Source: the human T2T-CHM13v2.0 reference genome, Homo sapiens. From it: a stretch of 64,000 nt of DNA. Both the position numbers and the translations under genes were made by a program. Each line of letters begins with the position of its first letter. Positions within the stretch are counted from its first letter, which is position 1. Where the stretch lies: assembly GCF_009914755.1 (NCBI RefSeq), contig NC_060933.1. One strand, written 5' to 3'. Below the pieces are notes generated by a model. That model did no database searches. It was not told the DNA's origin and saw only the letters and a program-made list of their open reading frames with translations. Shown here piece after piece: positions 25,701 to 38,800 of this stretch.

Positions 25701-28700
25701 ACTTGTTGGTGATGTGTGTATTCAACTAACAGAGATGAACCTTTCTTTTTACAGAGCAGTTTTGAAACACTCTTTTTGTGGAATCTGAAAGTGGATATTT
25801 GGATAGCTTTGAGGATTTCGTTGGAAACGGGATTACCTATAAAATCTAGAGAGAAGCATTCTCAGGAACTTCTTTGTGATGTTTGCATTCACGTCACAGA
25901 ACTGAACATTCCCTTTCATAGAGCATGTTTGAAACACTCTTTCTGTAGTATCTGCAAACGGACATTTCAAGCGCTTTCAGGCCTATGGTAAGAAAGGAAA
26001 TATCTTCAAATAAAAACTAGACAGAAGCATTCTCAGAAACTTATTTGCGATGTGTGTCCTCAACTAACAGAGTTGAACCTTTGTTTTGATACAACATTTT
26101 GGAAACACTCTTTTTGTAGAATCTGCAAGTGGATATTTGGATAGCTTTGAAGGTTTCGTTGTTAACGGGAATATCTTCATATAAAATCAAGACAGAAGCA
26201 TTCTCAGAAACTTCTCTGTGATGTTTGCATTCAACTCATAGAGTTGAACACTTCCCTTCATAGAGCAGGTTTGAAACACTCTTTTTGTAATATTTGGAAG
26301 TGGACATTTGCAGCGCTTTGAGGCCTATTTGAAAAAGGAAATATCTTCTCCTAAAAACCAGACAGAAGCATTCTCAGAAACTTCCTTGTGATGTGTGTAC
26401 TCAAGTAACAGAGTTGAACCTTACTTTTGACAGAGCCGTTTTGACACAGTCTTTTTGTAGAATCTGGAAGTAGATATTTGGACACCTTTGAGGATTTCTT
26501 TGGAAACGGGATATCTTCATATAAAATCTAGACAGAAGCATTCTCAGAAACTTCTTTGTGCTGTATGTCCTCAATTAACAGAGTTGAACCTTTGTGTGGA
26601 TACAGCATTTTGGAAACACTCCTTTAGTAGGATATGCAAGTTGATATTTAGATAGCTAGGAAGATTTCCTTGGAAACGGGAATATCTTCATATAAAATCT
26701 AGACGGAAGCATTCTCAGAAAGTGCTTTGTGATGTTTGCATTCAAGTCACAGAGTTGAATATTCCCTTTTATAGAGCAGGTTTGAAACACTCTTTCTGCA
26801 CTACCTGGAAGTGGACATTTGGAGCGCTTTGAGGCCTATGTTGAAAAAGGAAATATCTTCCCATAAAAACTAGACAGAAGCATTCTCAGAAACTTGTTTG
26901 TGATGTGTGTATTCAACTAACAGAGATGAACCTTTCCTTTTACAGAGCAGTTTTGAAACACTCTTTTTGTGGAATCTGAAAGTGGATATTTGGATAGCTT
27001 TGAGGATTTCGTTGGAAACGGGATTACATATAAAATCTAGAGAGAAGCATTCAAAGGAACTTCTTTGTGATGTTTGCATTCAAGTCACAGAACTGAACAT
27101 TCCCTTTCATAGAGCATGTTTGAAACACTCTTTCTGTAGTATCTGCAAGCGGACGTTTCAAGCGCTTTCAGGCCTATGGTGAGAAAGGAAATATCTTCAA
27201 GTTAAAACTAGACAGAAGCATTCTCAGAAACTTATTTGCCATGTGTGTTCTCAACTAACAGAGTTGAACCTATGTTTTGATACGGCATTTTGGAAACACT
27301 CTTTTTGTAGAATCTGCAGGTGGATATTCGGATAGCTTTGAAGGTTTCGTTGGAAACGGGAATATCTTCATATAAAATCTAGACGGAAGCATTCTCAGAA
27401 ACTGCTTTGTGATGTTTTCGTTGAAGTCACAGAGTAGAATGTTCCCTTTTATATACCAGGTTTGAGACACTCTTTCTGCACTATCTGGAAGTGGACATTT
27501 GGAGCGCTTTGAGGCCTATGATGAAAAAGGAAATATCTTCCCATAAAAACTAGACAGAAGCATTCTCAGAAACTTGTTTGTGATGTGTGTATTCAACTAA
27601 CAGAGATGAACCTTTCTTTTTACAGCGCAGTTTTGAAACAGTCTTTTTGTAGAATCTGGAAGTAGATATTTGGATACATTTGAGGATTTCTTTGGAAACG
27701 GGATATCTTCATATAAAATCTAGACAGAAGCATTCTCAGAAACTTCTTTGTGCTGCATGTCCTCAATTAACAGAGTGGAACCTTTGTGTGGATACAGCAT
27801 TTTGGAAACATTCCTTTAGTAGAATCTGCAAGTTGATATTTAGATAGCTAGGAAGATTTCCTTGGAAACGGGAATATCTTCATATAAAATCTAGACGGAA
27901 GCATTCTCAGAAACTGCTTTGTGATGTTTTCAGTGAAGTCACAGAGTAGAATGTTCCCTTTTATATACCAGGTTTCAGACACTCTTTCTGCACTATCTGG
28001 AAGTGGACATTTGGAGCGCTTTGAGGCCTATGATGAAAAAGGAAATATCTTCCCATAAAAACTAGACAGAAGCATTCTCAGAAACTTGTTTGTGATGTGT
28101 GTATTCAACTAACAGAGATGAACCTTTCTTTTTACAGAGCAGTTTTGAAACACTCTTTTTGTGGAATCTGAAAGTGGATATTTGGAAAGCTTTGAGGATT
28201 TCTTTGGAAACGGGATTACCTATAAAATCTAGAGAGAAGCATTCTCAGGAACTTCTTTGTGATGTTTGCATTCACGTCACAGAACTGAACATTCCCTTTC
28301 ATAGAGCATGTTTGAAACACTCTTTCTGTAGTATCTGCAAACGGACATTTCAAGCGCTTTCAGGCCTATGGTAAGAAAGGAAATATCTTCAAATAAAAAC
28401 TAGACAGAAGCATTCTCAGAAACTTATTTGCGATGTGTGTCCTCAACTAACAGAGTTGAACCTTTGTTTTGATACAACATTTTGGAAACACTCTTTTTGT
28501 AGAATCTGCAAGTGGATATTTGGATAGCTTTGAAGGTTTCGTTGTTAACGGGAATATCTTCATATAAAATCAAGACAGAAGCATTCTCAGAAACTTCTCT
28601 GTGATGTTTGCATTCAACTCATAGAGTTGAACACTTCCCTTCATAGAGCAGGTTTGAAACACTCTTTTTGTAATATTTGGAAGTGGACATTTGCAGCGCT

Positions 28701-31700
28701 TTGAGGCCTATTTGAAAAAGGAAATATCTTCTCCTAAAAACCAGACAGAAGCATTCTCAGAAACTTCCTTGTGATGTGTGTACTCAAGTAACAGAGTTGA
28801 ACCTTACTTTTGACAGAGCCGTTTTGACACAGTCTTTTTGTAGAATCTGGAAGTAGATATTTGGACACCTTTGAGGATTTCTTTGGAAACGGGATATCTT
28901 CATATAAAATCTAGACAGAAGCATTCTCAGAAACTTCTTTGTGCTGTATGTCCTCAATTAACAGAGTGGAACCTTTGTGTGGATACAGCATTTTGGAAAC
29001 ACTCCTTTAGTAGGATATGCAAGTTGATATTTAGATAGCTAGGAAGATTTCCTTGGAAACGGGAATATCTTCATATAAAATCTAGACGGAAGCATTCTCA
29101 GAAAGTGCTTTGTGATGTTTGCATTCAAGTCACAGAGTTGAATATTCCCTTTTATAGAGCAGGTTTGAAACACTCTTTCTGCACTACCTGGAAGTGGACA
29201 TTTGGTGCGCTTTGAGGCCTATGTTGAAAAAGGAAATATCTTCCCATAAAAACTAGACAGAAGCATTCTCAGAAACTTGTTTGTGATGTGTGTATTCAAC
29301 TAACAGAGATGAACCTTTCCTTTTACAGAACAGTTTTGAAACACTCTTTTTGTGGAATCTGAAAGTGGATATTTGGATAGCTTTGAGGATTTCGTTGGAA
29401 ACGGGATTACATATAAAATCTAGAGAGAAGCATTCAAAGGAACTTCTTTGTGATGTTTGCATTCAAGTCACAGAACTGAACATTCCCTTTCATAGAGCAT
29501 GTTTGAAACACTCTTTCTGTAGTATCTGCAAGCGGACGTTTCAAGCGCTTTCAGGCCTATGGTGAGAAAGGAAATATCTTCAAGTAAAAACTAGACAGAA
29601 GCATTCTCAGAAACTTATTTGCCATGTGTGTTCTCAACTAACAGAGTTGAACCTATGTTTTGATACGGCATTTTGGAAACACTCTTTTTGTAGAATCTGC
29701 AGGTGGATATTCGGATAGCTTTGAAGGTTTCGTTGGAAACGGGAATATCTTCATATAAAATCTAGACGGAAGCATTCTCAGAAACTGCTTTGTGATGTTT
29801 TCGTTGAAGTCACAGAGTAGAATGTTCCCTTTTATATACCAGGTTTGAGACACTCTTTCTGCACTATCTGGAAGTGGACATTTGGAGCGCTTTGAGGCCT
29901 ATGATGAAAAAGGAAATATCTTCCCATAAAAACTAGACAGAAGCATTCTCAGAAACTTGTTTGTGATGTGTGTATTCAACTAACAGAGATGAACCTTTCT
30001 TTTTACAGCGCAGTTTTGAAACAGTCTTTTTGTAGAATCTGGAAGTAGATATTTGGATACATTTGAGGATTTCTTTGGAAACGGGATATCTTCATATAAA
30101 ATCTAGACAGAAGCATTCTCAGAAACTTCTTTGTGCTGTATGTCCTCAATTAACAGAGTGGAACCTTTGTGTGGATACAGCATTTTGGAAACATTCCTTT
30201 AGTAGAATCTGCAAGTTGATATTTAGATAGCTAGGAAGATTTCCTTGGAAACGGGAATATCTTCATATAAAATCTAGACGGAAGCATTCTCAGAAACTGC
30301 TTTGTGATGTTTTCAGTGAAGTCACAGAGTAGAATGTTCCCTTTTATATACCAGGTTTCAGACACTCTTTCTGCACTATCTGGAAGTGGACATTTGGAGC
30401 GCTTTGAGGCCTATGATGAAAAAGGAAATATCTTCCCATAAAAACTAGACAGAAGCATTCTCAGAAACTTGTTTGTGATGTGTGTATTCAACTAACAGAG
30501 ATGAACCTTTCTTTTTACAGAGCAGTTTTGAAACACTCTTTTTGTGGAATCTGAAAGTGGATATTTGGATAGCTTTGAGGATTTCGTTGGAAACGTGATT
30601 ACCTATAAAATCTAGAGAGAAGCATTCTCAGGAACTTCTTTGTGATGTTTGCATTCACGTCACAGAACTGAACATTCCCTTTCATAGAGCATGTTTGAAA
30701 CACTCTTTCTGTAGTATCTGCAAACGGACATTTCAAGCGCTTTCAGGCCTATGGTAAGAAAGGAAATATCTTCAAATAAAAACTAGACAGAAGCATTCTC
30801 AGAAACTTATTTGCGATGTGTGTCCTCAACTAACAGAGTTGAACCTTTGTTTTGATACAACATTTTGGAAACACTCTTTTTGTAGAATCTGCAAGTGGAT
30901 ATTTGGATAGCTTTGAAGGTTTCGTTGTTAACGGGAATATCTTCATATAAAATCAAGACAGAAGCATTCTCAGAAACTTCTCTGTGATGTTTGCATTCAA
31001 CTCATAGAGTTGAACACTTCCCTTCATAGAGCAGGTTTGAAACACTCTTTTTGTAATATTTGGAAGTGGACATTTGCAGCGCTTTGAGGCCTATTTGAAA
31101 AAGGAAATATCTTCTCCTAAAAACCAGACAGAAGCATTCTCAGAAACTTCCTTGTGATGTGTGTACTCAAGTAACAGAGTTGAACCTTACTTTTGACAGA
31201 GCCGTTTTGACACAGTCTTTTTGTAGAATCTGGAAGTAGATATTTGGACACCTTTGAGGATTTCTTTGGAAACGGGATATCTTCATATAAAATCTAGACA
31301 GAAGCATTCTCAGAAACTTCTTTGTGCTGTATGTCCTCAATTAACAGAGTTGAACCTTTGTGTGGATACAGCATTTTGGAAACACTCCTTTAGTAGGATA
31401 TGCAAGTTGATATTTAGATAGCTAGGAAGATTTCCTTGGAAACGGGAATATCTTCATATAAAATCTAGACGGAAGCATTCTCAGAAAGTGCTTTGTGATG
31501 TTTGCATTCAAGTCACAGAGTTGAATATTCCCTTTTATAGAGCAGGTTTGAAACACTCTTTCTGCCCTACCTGGAAGTGGACATTTGGAGCGCTTTGAAG
31601 CCTATGTTGAAAAAGGAAATATCTTCCCATAAAAACTAGACAGAAGCATTCTCAGAAACTTGTTTGTGATGTGTGTATTCAAGTAACAGAGATGAACGTT

Positions 31701-32838
31701 TCCTTTTACAGAGCAGTTTTGAAACACTCTTTTTGTGGAATCTGAAAGTGGATATTTGGATAGCTTTGAGGATTTCGTTGGAAACGGGATTACATATAAA
31801 ATCTAGAGAGAAGCATTCAAAGGAACTTCTTTGTGATGTTTGCATTCAAGTCACAGAACTGAACATTCCCTTTCATAGAGCATGTTTGAAACACTCTTTC
31901 TGTAGTATCTGCAAGCGGACGTTTCAAGCGCTTTCAGGCCTATGGTGAGAAAGGAAATATCTTCAAGTAAAAACTAGACAGAAGCATTCTCAGAAACTTA
32001 TTTGCCATGTGTGTTCTCAACTAACAGAGTTGAACCTATGTTTTGATACGGCATTTTGGAAACACTCTTTTTGTAGAATCTGCAGGTGGATATTCGGATA
32101 GCTTTGAAGGTTTCGTTGGAAACGGGAATATCTTCATATAAAATCGAGACGGAAGCATTCTCAGAAACTGCTTTGTGATGTTTTCGTTGAAGTCACAGAG
32201 TAGAATGTTCCCTTTTATATACCAGGTTTGAGACACTCTTTCTGCACTATCTGGAAGTGGACATTTGGAGCGCTTTGAGGCCTATGATGAAAAAGGAAAT
32301 ATCTTCCCATAAAAACTAGACAGAAGCATTCTCAGAAACTTGTTTGTGATGTGTGTATTCAACTAACAGAGATGAACCTTTCTTTTTACAGCGCAGTTTT
32401 GAAACAGTCTTTTTGTAGAATCTGGAAGTAGATATTTGGATACATTTGAGGATTTCTTTGGAAACGGGATATCTTCATATAAAATCTAGACAGAAGCATT
32501 CTCAGAAACTTCTTTGTGCTGTATCTCCTCAATTAACAGAGTGGAACCTTTGTGTGGATACAGCATTTTGGAAACATTCCTTTAGTAGAATCTGCAAGTT
32601 GATATTTAGATAGCTAGGAAGATTTCCTTGGAAACGGGAATATCTTCATATAAAATCTAGACGGAAGCATTCTCAGAAACTGCTTTGTGATGTTTTCAGT
32701 GAAGTCACAGAGTAGAATGTTCCCTTTTATATACCAGGTTTCAGACACTCTTTCTGCACTATCTGGAAGTGGACATTTGGAGCGCTTTGAGGCCTATGTT
32801 GAAAAAGGAAATATCTTCCCATAAAAACTAGACAGAAG
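19732..32838 (+). repeat. Variant 14-mer HOR a'b'c'g'(a/e)f g' abcdefg, 2383 bp, 5.5 tandem copies
   Basis: Unit starts at 19732, 22115, 24498, 26881, 29264 and 31647 (half copy). Minus-strand ORF markers at 22504, 24887, 27270, 29653 and 32036 recur every 2383 bp. Confidence 0.93.
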
Positions 32839-35800
32839 CATTCTCAGAAACTTGTTTGTGATGTGTGTATTCAACTAACAGAGATGAACCTTTCTTTTTA
32901 CAGAGCAGTTTTGAAACACTCTTTTTGTGGAATCTGAAAGTGGATATTTGGATAGCTTTGAGGATTTCGTTGGAAACGGGATTACATATAAAATCTAGAG
33001 AGAAGCATTCTCAGGAACTTCTTTGTGATGTTTGCATTCAAGTCACTGAACTGAACATTCCCTTTCATAGAGCATGTTTGAAACACTCCTTCTGTAGTAT
33101 CTGCAAGCGGACGTTACAAGCGCTTTCAGGCCTATGGTGAGAAAGGAAATATCTTCAAGTAAAAACTAGACAGAAGCATTCTCAGAAACTTATTTGCCAT
33201 GTGTGTTCTCAACTAACAGAGTTGAACCTTTGTTTTGATACGGCATTTTGGAAACACTCTTTTTGTAGAATCTGCAGGTGGATATTCGGAGAGCTTTGAA
33301 GGTTTCGTTGGAAACGGGAATATCTTCATATAAAATCTAGACGGAAGCATTCTCAGAAACTGCTTTGTGATGTTTTCATTCAAGTCACAGAGTAGAATGT
33401 TCCCTTTTATATACCAGGTTTGAGACACTCTTTCTGCACTATATGGAAGTGGACATTTGGAGCGCTTTGAGTCCTATGATGAAAAAGGAAATATCTTCCC
33501 ATAAAAACTAGACAGAAGCATTCTCAGAAACTTGTTTGTGATGTGTGTATTCAACTAACAGAGATGAACCTTTCTTTTTACAGAGCAGTTTTGAAACACT
33601 CTTTTTGTGGAATCTGAAAGTGGATATTTGGATAGCTTTGAGGATTTCGTTGGAAACGGGATTACATATAAAATCTAGAGAGAAGCATTCTCAGGAACTT
33701 CTTTGTGATGTTTGCATTCACGTCACAGAACTGAACATTCCCTTTCATAGAGCATGTTTGAAACACTCTTTCTGTAGTATCTGCAAACGGACATTTCAAG
33801 CGCTTTCAGGCCTATGGTAAGAAAGGAAATATCTTCAAATAAAAACTAGACAGAAGCATTCTCAGAAACTTATTTGCGATGTGTGTCCTCAACTAACAGA
33901 GTTGAACCTTTGTTTTGATACAACATTTTGGAAACACTCTTTTTGTAGAATCTGCAAGTGGATATTTGGATAGCTTTGAAGGTTTCGTTGGAAACGGGAA
34001 TATCTTCATATAAAATCAAGACAGAAGCATTCTCAGAAACTTCTCTGTGATGTTTGCATTCAACTCATAGAGTTGAACACTTCCCTTCATAGAGCAGGTT
34101 TGAAACACTCTTTTTGTAATATTTGGAAGTGGACATTTGCAGCGCTTTGAGGCCTATGTTGAAAAACTAAATATCTTCTCCTAAAAACCAGACAGAAGCA
34201 TTCTCAGAAACTTCCTTGTGATGTGTGTACTCAAGTAACACAGTTGAACCTTACTTTTGACAGAGCCGTTTTGAAACAGTCTTTTTGTAGAATCTGGAAG
34301 TAGATATTTGGATACCTTTGAGGATTTCTTTGGAAACGGGATATCTTCATATAAAATCTAGACAGAAGCATTCTCAGAAACTTCTTTGTGCTGTATGTCC
34401 TCAATTAACAGAGTTGAACCTTTGTGTGGATACAGCATTTTGGAAACATTCCTTTAGTAGAATCTGCAAGTTGATATTTAGATAGCTAGGAAGATTTCCT
34501 TGGAAACGGGAATATCTTCATATAAAATCTAGAAGGAAGCATTCTCAGAAAGTGCTTTGTGATGTTTGCATTCAAGTCACAGAGTTGAATATTCCCTTTT
34601 ATAGAGCATGTTTGAAACACTCTTTCTGCACTACCTGGAAGTGGACATTTGGAGCGCTTTGAGGCCTATGTTGAAAAAGGAAATATCTTCCCATAAAAAC
34701 TAGACAGAAGCATTCTCAGAAACTTGTTTGTGATGTGTGTATTCAACTAACAGAGATGAACCTTTCTTTTTACAGAGCAGTTTTGAAACACTCTTTTTGT
34801 GGAATCTGAAAGTGGATATGTGGATAGCTTTGAGGATTTCGTTGGAAACGGGATTACATATAAAATCTAGAGAGAAGCATTCTCAGGAACTTCTTTGTGA
34901 TGTTTGCATTCAAGACACAAAACTGAACATTTCCTTTCATAGAGCATGTTTGAAACACTCTTTCTGTAGTATCTGCAAGCGGACGTTTCAAGCGCTTTCA
35001 GGCCTATGGTGAGAAAGGAAATATCTTCAAGTAAAAACTAGACAGAAGCATTCTCAGAAACTTATTTGCCATGTGTGTTCTCAACTAACAGAGTTGAACC
35101 TTTGTTTTGATACGGCATTTTGGAAACACTCTTTTTGTAGAATCTGCAGGTGGATATTCGGATAGCTTTGAAGGTTTCGTTGGAAACGGGAATATCTTCA
35201 TATAAAATCTAGACGGAAGCATTCTCAGAAACTGCTTTGTGATGTTTTCATTCAAGTCACAGAGTAGAATGTTCCCTTTTATATACCAGGTTTGAGACAC
35301 TCTTTCTGCACTATCTGGAAGTGGACATTTGGAGCGCTTTGAGGCCTATGATGAAAAAGGAAATATCTTCCCATAAAAACTAGACAGAAGCATTCTCAGA
35401 AACTTGTTTGTGATGTGTGTATTCAACTAACAGAGATGAACCTTTCTTTTTACAGAGCAGTTTTGAAACACTCTTTTTGTGGAATCTGAAAGTGGATATT
35501 TGGATAGCTTTGAGGATTTCGTTGGAAACGGGATTACATATAAAATCTAGAGAGAAGCATTCTCAGGAACTTCTTTGTGATGTTTGCATTCACGTCACAG
35601 AACTGAACATTCCCTTTCATAGAGCATGTTTGAAACACTCTTTCTGTAGTATCTGCAAACGGACATTTCAAGCGCTTTCAGGCCTATGGTAAGAAAGGAA
35701 ATATCTTCAAGTAAAAACTAGACAGAAGCATTCTCAGAAACTTATTTGCGATGTGTGTCCTCAACTAACAGAGTTGAACCTTTGTTTTGATACAACATTT

Positions 35801-38800
35801 TGGAAACACTCTTTTTGTAGAATCTGCAAGTGGATATTTGGATAGCTTTGAAGGTTTCGTTGTTAACGGGAATATCTTCATATAAAATCAAGACAGAAGC
35901 ATTCTCAGAAACTTCTCTGTTATGTTTGCATTCAACTCATAGAGTTGAACACTTCCCTTCATAGAGCAGATTTGAAACACTCTTTTTGTAATATTTGGAA
36001 GTGGACATTTGCAGCTCTTTGAGGCCTATGTTGAAAAAGGAAATATCTTCTCCTAAAAACCAGACAGAAGCATTCTCAGAAACTTCCTTGTGATGTGTGT
36101 ACTCAAGTAACAGAGTTGAACCTTCCTTTTGACAGAGCCGTTTTGAAACAGTCTTTTTGTAGAATCTGGAAGTAGATATTTGGATATCTTTGAGGATTTC
36201 TTTGGAAACGGGATATCTTCATATAAAATATAGACAGAAGCATTCTCAGAAACTTCTTTGTGCTGTATGTCCTCAATTAACAGAGTTGAACCTTTGTGTG
36301 GATACAGCATTTTGGAAACATTCCTTTAGTAGGATATGCAAGTTGATATTTAGATAGCTAGGAAGATTTCCTTGGAAACGGGAATATATTCATATAAAAT
36401 CTAGAAGGAAGCATTCTCAGAAAGTGCTTTGTGATGTTTGCATTCAAGTCACAGAGTTGAATATTCCCTTTTATAGAGCAGGTTTGAAACACTCTTTCTG
36501 CACTACCTGGAAGTGGACATTTGGAGCGCTTTGAGGCCTATGTTGAAAAAGGAAATATCTTCCCATAAAAACTAGACAGAAGCATTCTCAGAAACTTGTT
36601 TGTGATGTGTGTATTCAACTAACAGAGATGAACCTTTCTTTTTACAGAGCAGTTTTGAAACACTCTTTTTGTGGAATCTGAAAGTGGATATTTGGATAGC
36701 TTTGAGGATTTCGTTGGAAACGGGATTACATATAAAATCTAGAGAGAAGCATTCTCAGGAACTTCTTTGTGATGTTTGCATTCAAGTCACAGAACTGAAC
36801 ATTCCCTTTCATAGAGCATGTTTGAAACACTCCTTCTGTAGTATCTGCAAGCGGACGTTACAAGCGCTTTCAGGCCTATGGTGAGAAAGGAAATATCTTC
36901 AAGTAAAAACTAGACAGAAGCATTCTCAGAAACTTATTTGCCATGTGTGTTCTCAACTAACAGAGTTGAACCTTTGTTTTGATACGGCATTTTGGAAACA
37001 CTCTTTTTGTAGAATCTGCAGGTGGATATTCGGATAGCTTTGAAGGTTTCGTTGGAAACGGGAATATCTTCATATAAAATCTAGACGGAAGCATTCTCAG
37101 AAACTGCTTTGTGATGTTTTTATTCAAGTCACAGAGTAGAATGTTCCCTTTTATATACCAGGTTTGAGACACTCTTTCTGCACTATCTGGAAGTGGACAT
37201 TTGGAGCGCTTTGAGGCCTATGATGAAAAAGGAAATATCTTCCCATAAAAACTAGACAGAAGCATTCTCAGAAACTTGTTTGTGATGTGTGTATTCAACT
37301 AACAGAGATGAACCTTTCTTTTTACAGAGCAGTTTTGAAACACTCTTTTTGTGGAATCTGAAAGTGGATATTTGGATAGCTTTGAGGATTTCGTTGGAAA
37401 CGGGATTACATATAAAATCTAGAGAGAAGCATTCTCAGGAACTTCTTTGTGATGTTTGCATTCACGTCACAGAACTGAACATTCCCTTTCATAGAGCATG
37501 TTTGAAACACTCTTTCTGTAGTATCTGCAAACGGACATTTCAAGCGCTTTCAGGCCTATGGTAAGAAAGGAAATATCTTCAAATAAAAACTAGACAGAAG
37601 CATTCTCAGAAACTTATTTGCGATGTGTGTCCTCAACTAACAGAGTTGAACCTTTGTTTTGATACAACATTTTGGAAACACTCTTTTTGTAGAATCTGCA
37701 AGTGGATATTTGGATAGCTTTGAAGGTTTCGTTGGAAACGGGAATATCTTCATATAAAATCAAGACAGAAGCATTCTCAGAAACTTCTCTGTGATGTTTG
37801 CATTCAACTCATGGAGTTGAACACTTCCCTTCATAGAGCAGGTTTGAAACACTCTTTTTGTAATATTTGGAAGTGGACATTTGCAGCGCTTTGAGGCCTA
37901 TGTTGAAAAAGGAAATATCTTCTCCTAAAAACCAGACAGAAGCATTCTCAGAAACTTCCTTGTGATGTGTGTACTCAAGTAACACAGTTGAACCTTACTT
38001 TTGACAGAGCCGTTTTGAAACAGTCTTGTTGTAGAATCTGGAAGTAGATATTTGGATACCTTTGAGGATTTCTTTGGAAACGGGATATCTTCATATAAAA
38101 TATAGACAGAAGCATTCTCAGAAACTTCTTTGTGCTGTATGTCCTCAATTAACAGAGTTGAACCTTTGTGTGGATACAGCATTTTGGAAACATTCCTTTA
38201 GTAGAATCTGCAAGTTGATATTTAGATTGCTAGGAAGATTTCCTTGGAAACGGGAATATCTTCATATAAAATCTGGAAGGAAGCATTCTCAGAAAGTGCT
38301 TTGTGATGTTTGCATTCAAGTCACAGAGTTGAATATTCCCTTTTATAGAGCATGTTTGAAACACTCTTTCTGCACTACCTGGAAGTGGACATTTGGAGCG
38401 CTTTGAGGCCTATGTTGAAAAAGGAAATATCTTCCCATAAAAACTAGACAGAAGCATTCTCAGAAACTTGTTTGTGATGTGTGTATTCAACTAACAGAGA
38501 TGAACCTTTCTTTTTACAGAGCAGTTTTGAAACACTCTTTTTGTGGAATCTGAAAGTGGATATGTGGATAGCTTTGAGGATTTCGTTGGAAACGGGATTA
38601 CATATAAAATCTAGAGAGAAGCATTCTCAGGAACTTCTTTGTGATGTTTGCATTCAAGTCACAAAACTGAACATTCCCTTTCATAGAGCATGTTTGAAAC
38701 ACTCTTTCTGTAGTATCTGCAAGCGGACGTTTCAAGCGCTTTCAGGCCTATGGTGAGAAAGGAAATATCTTCAAGTAAAAACTAGACAGAAGCATTCTCA

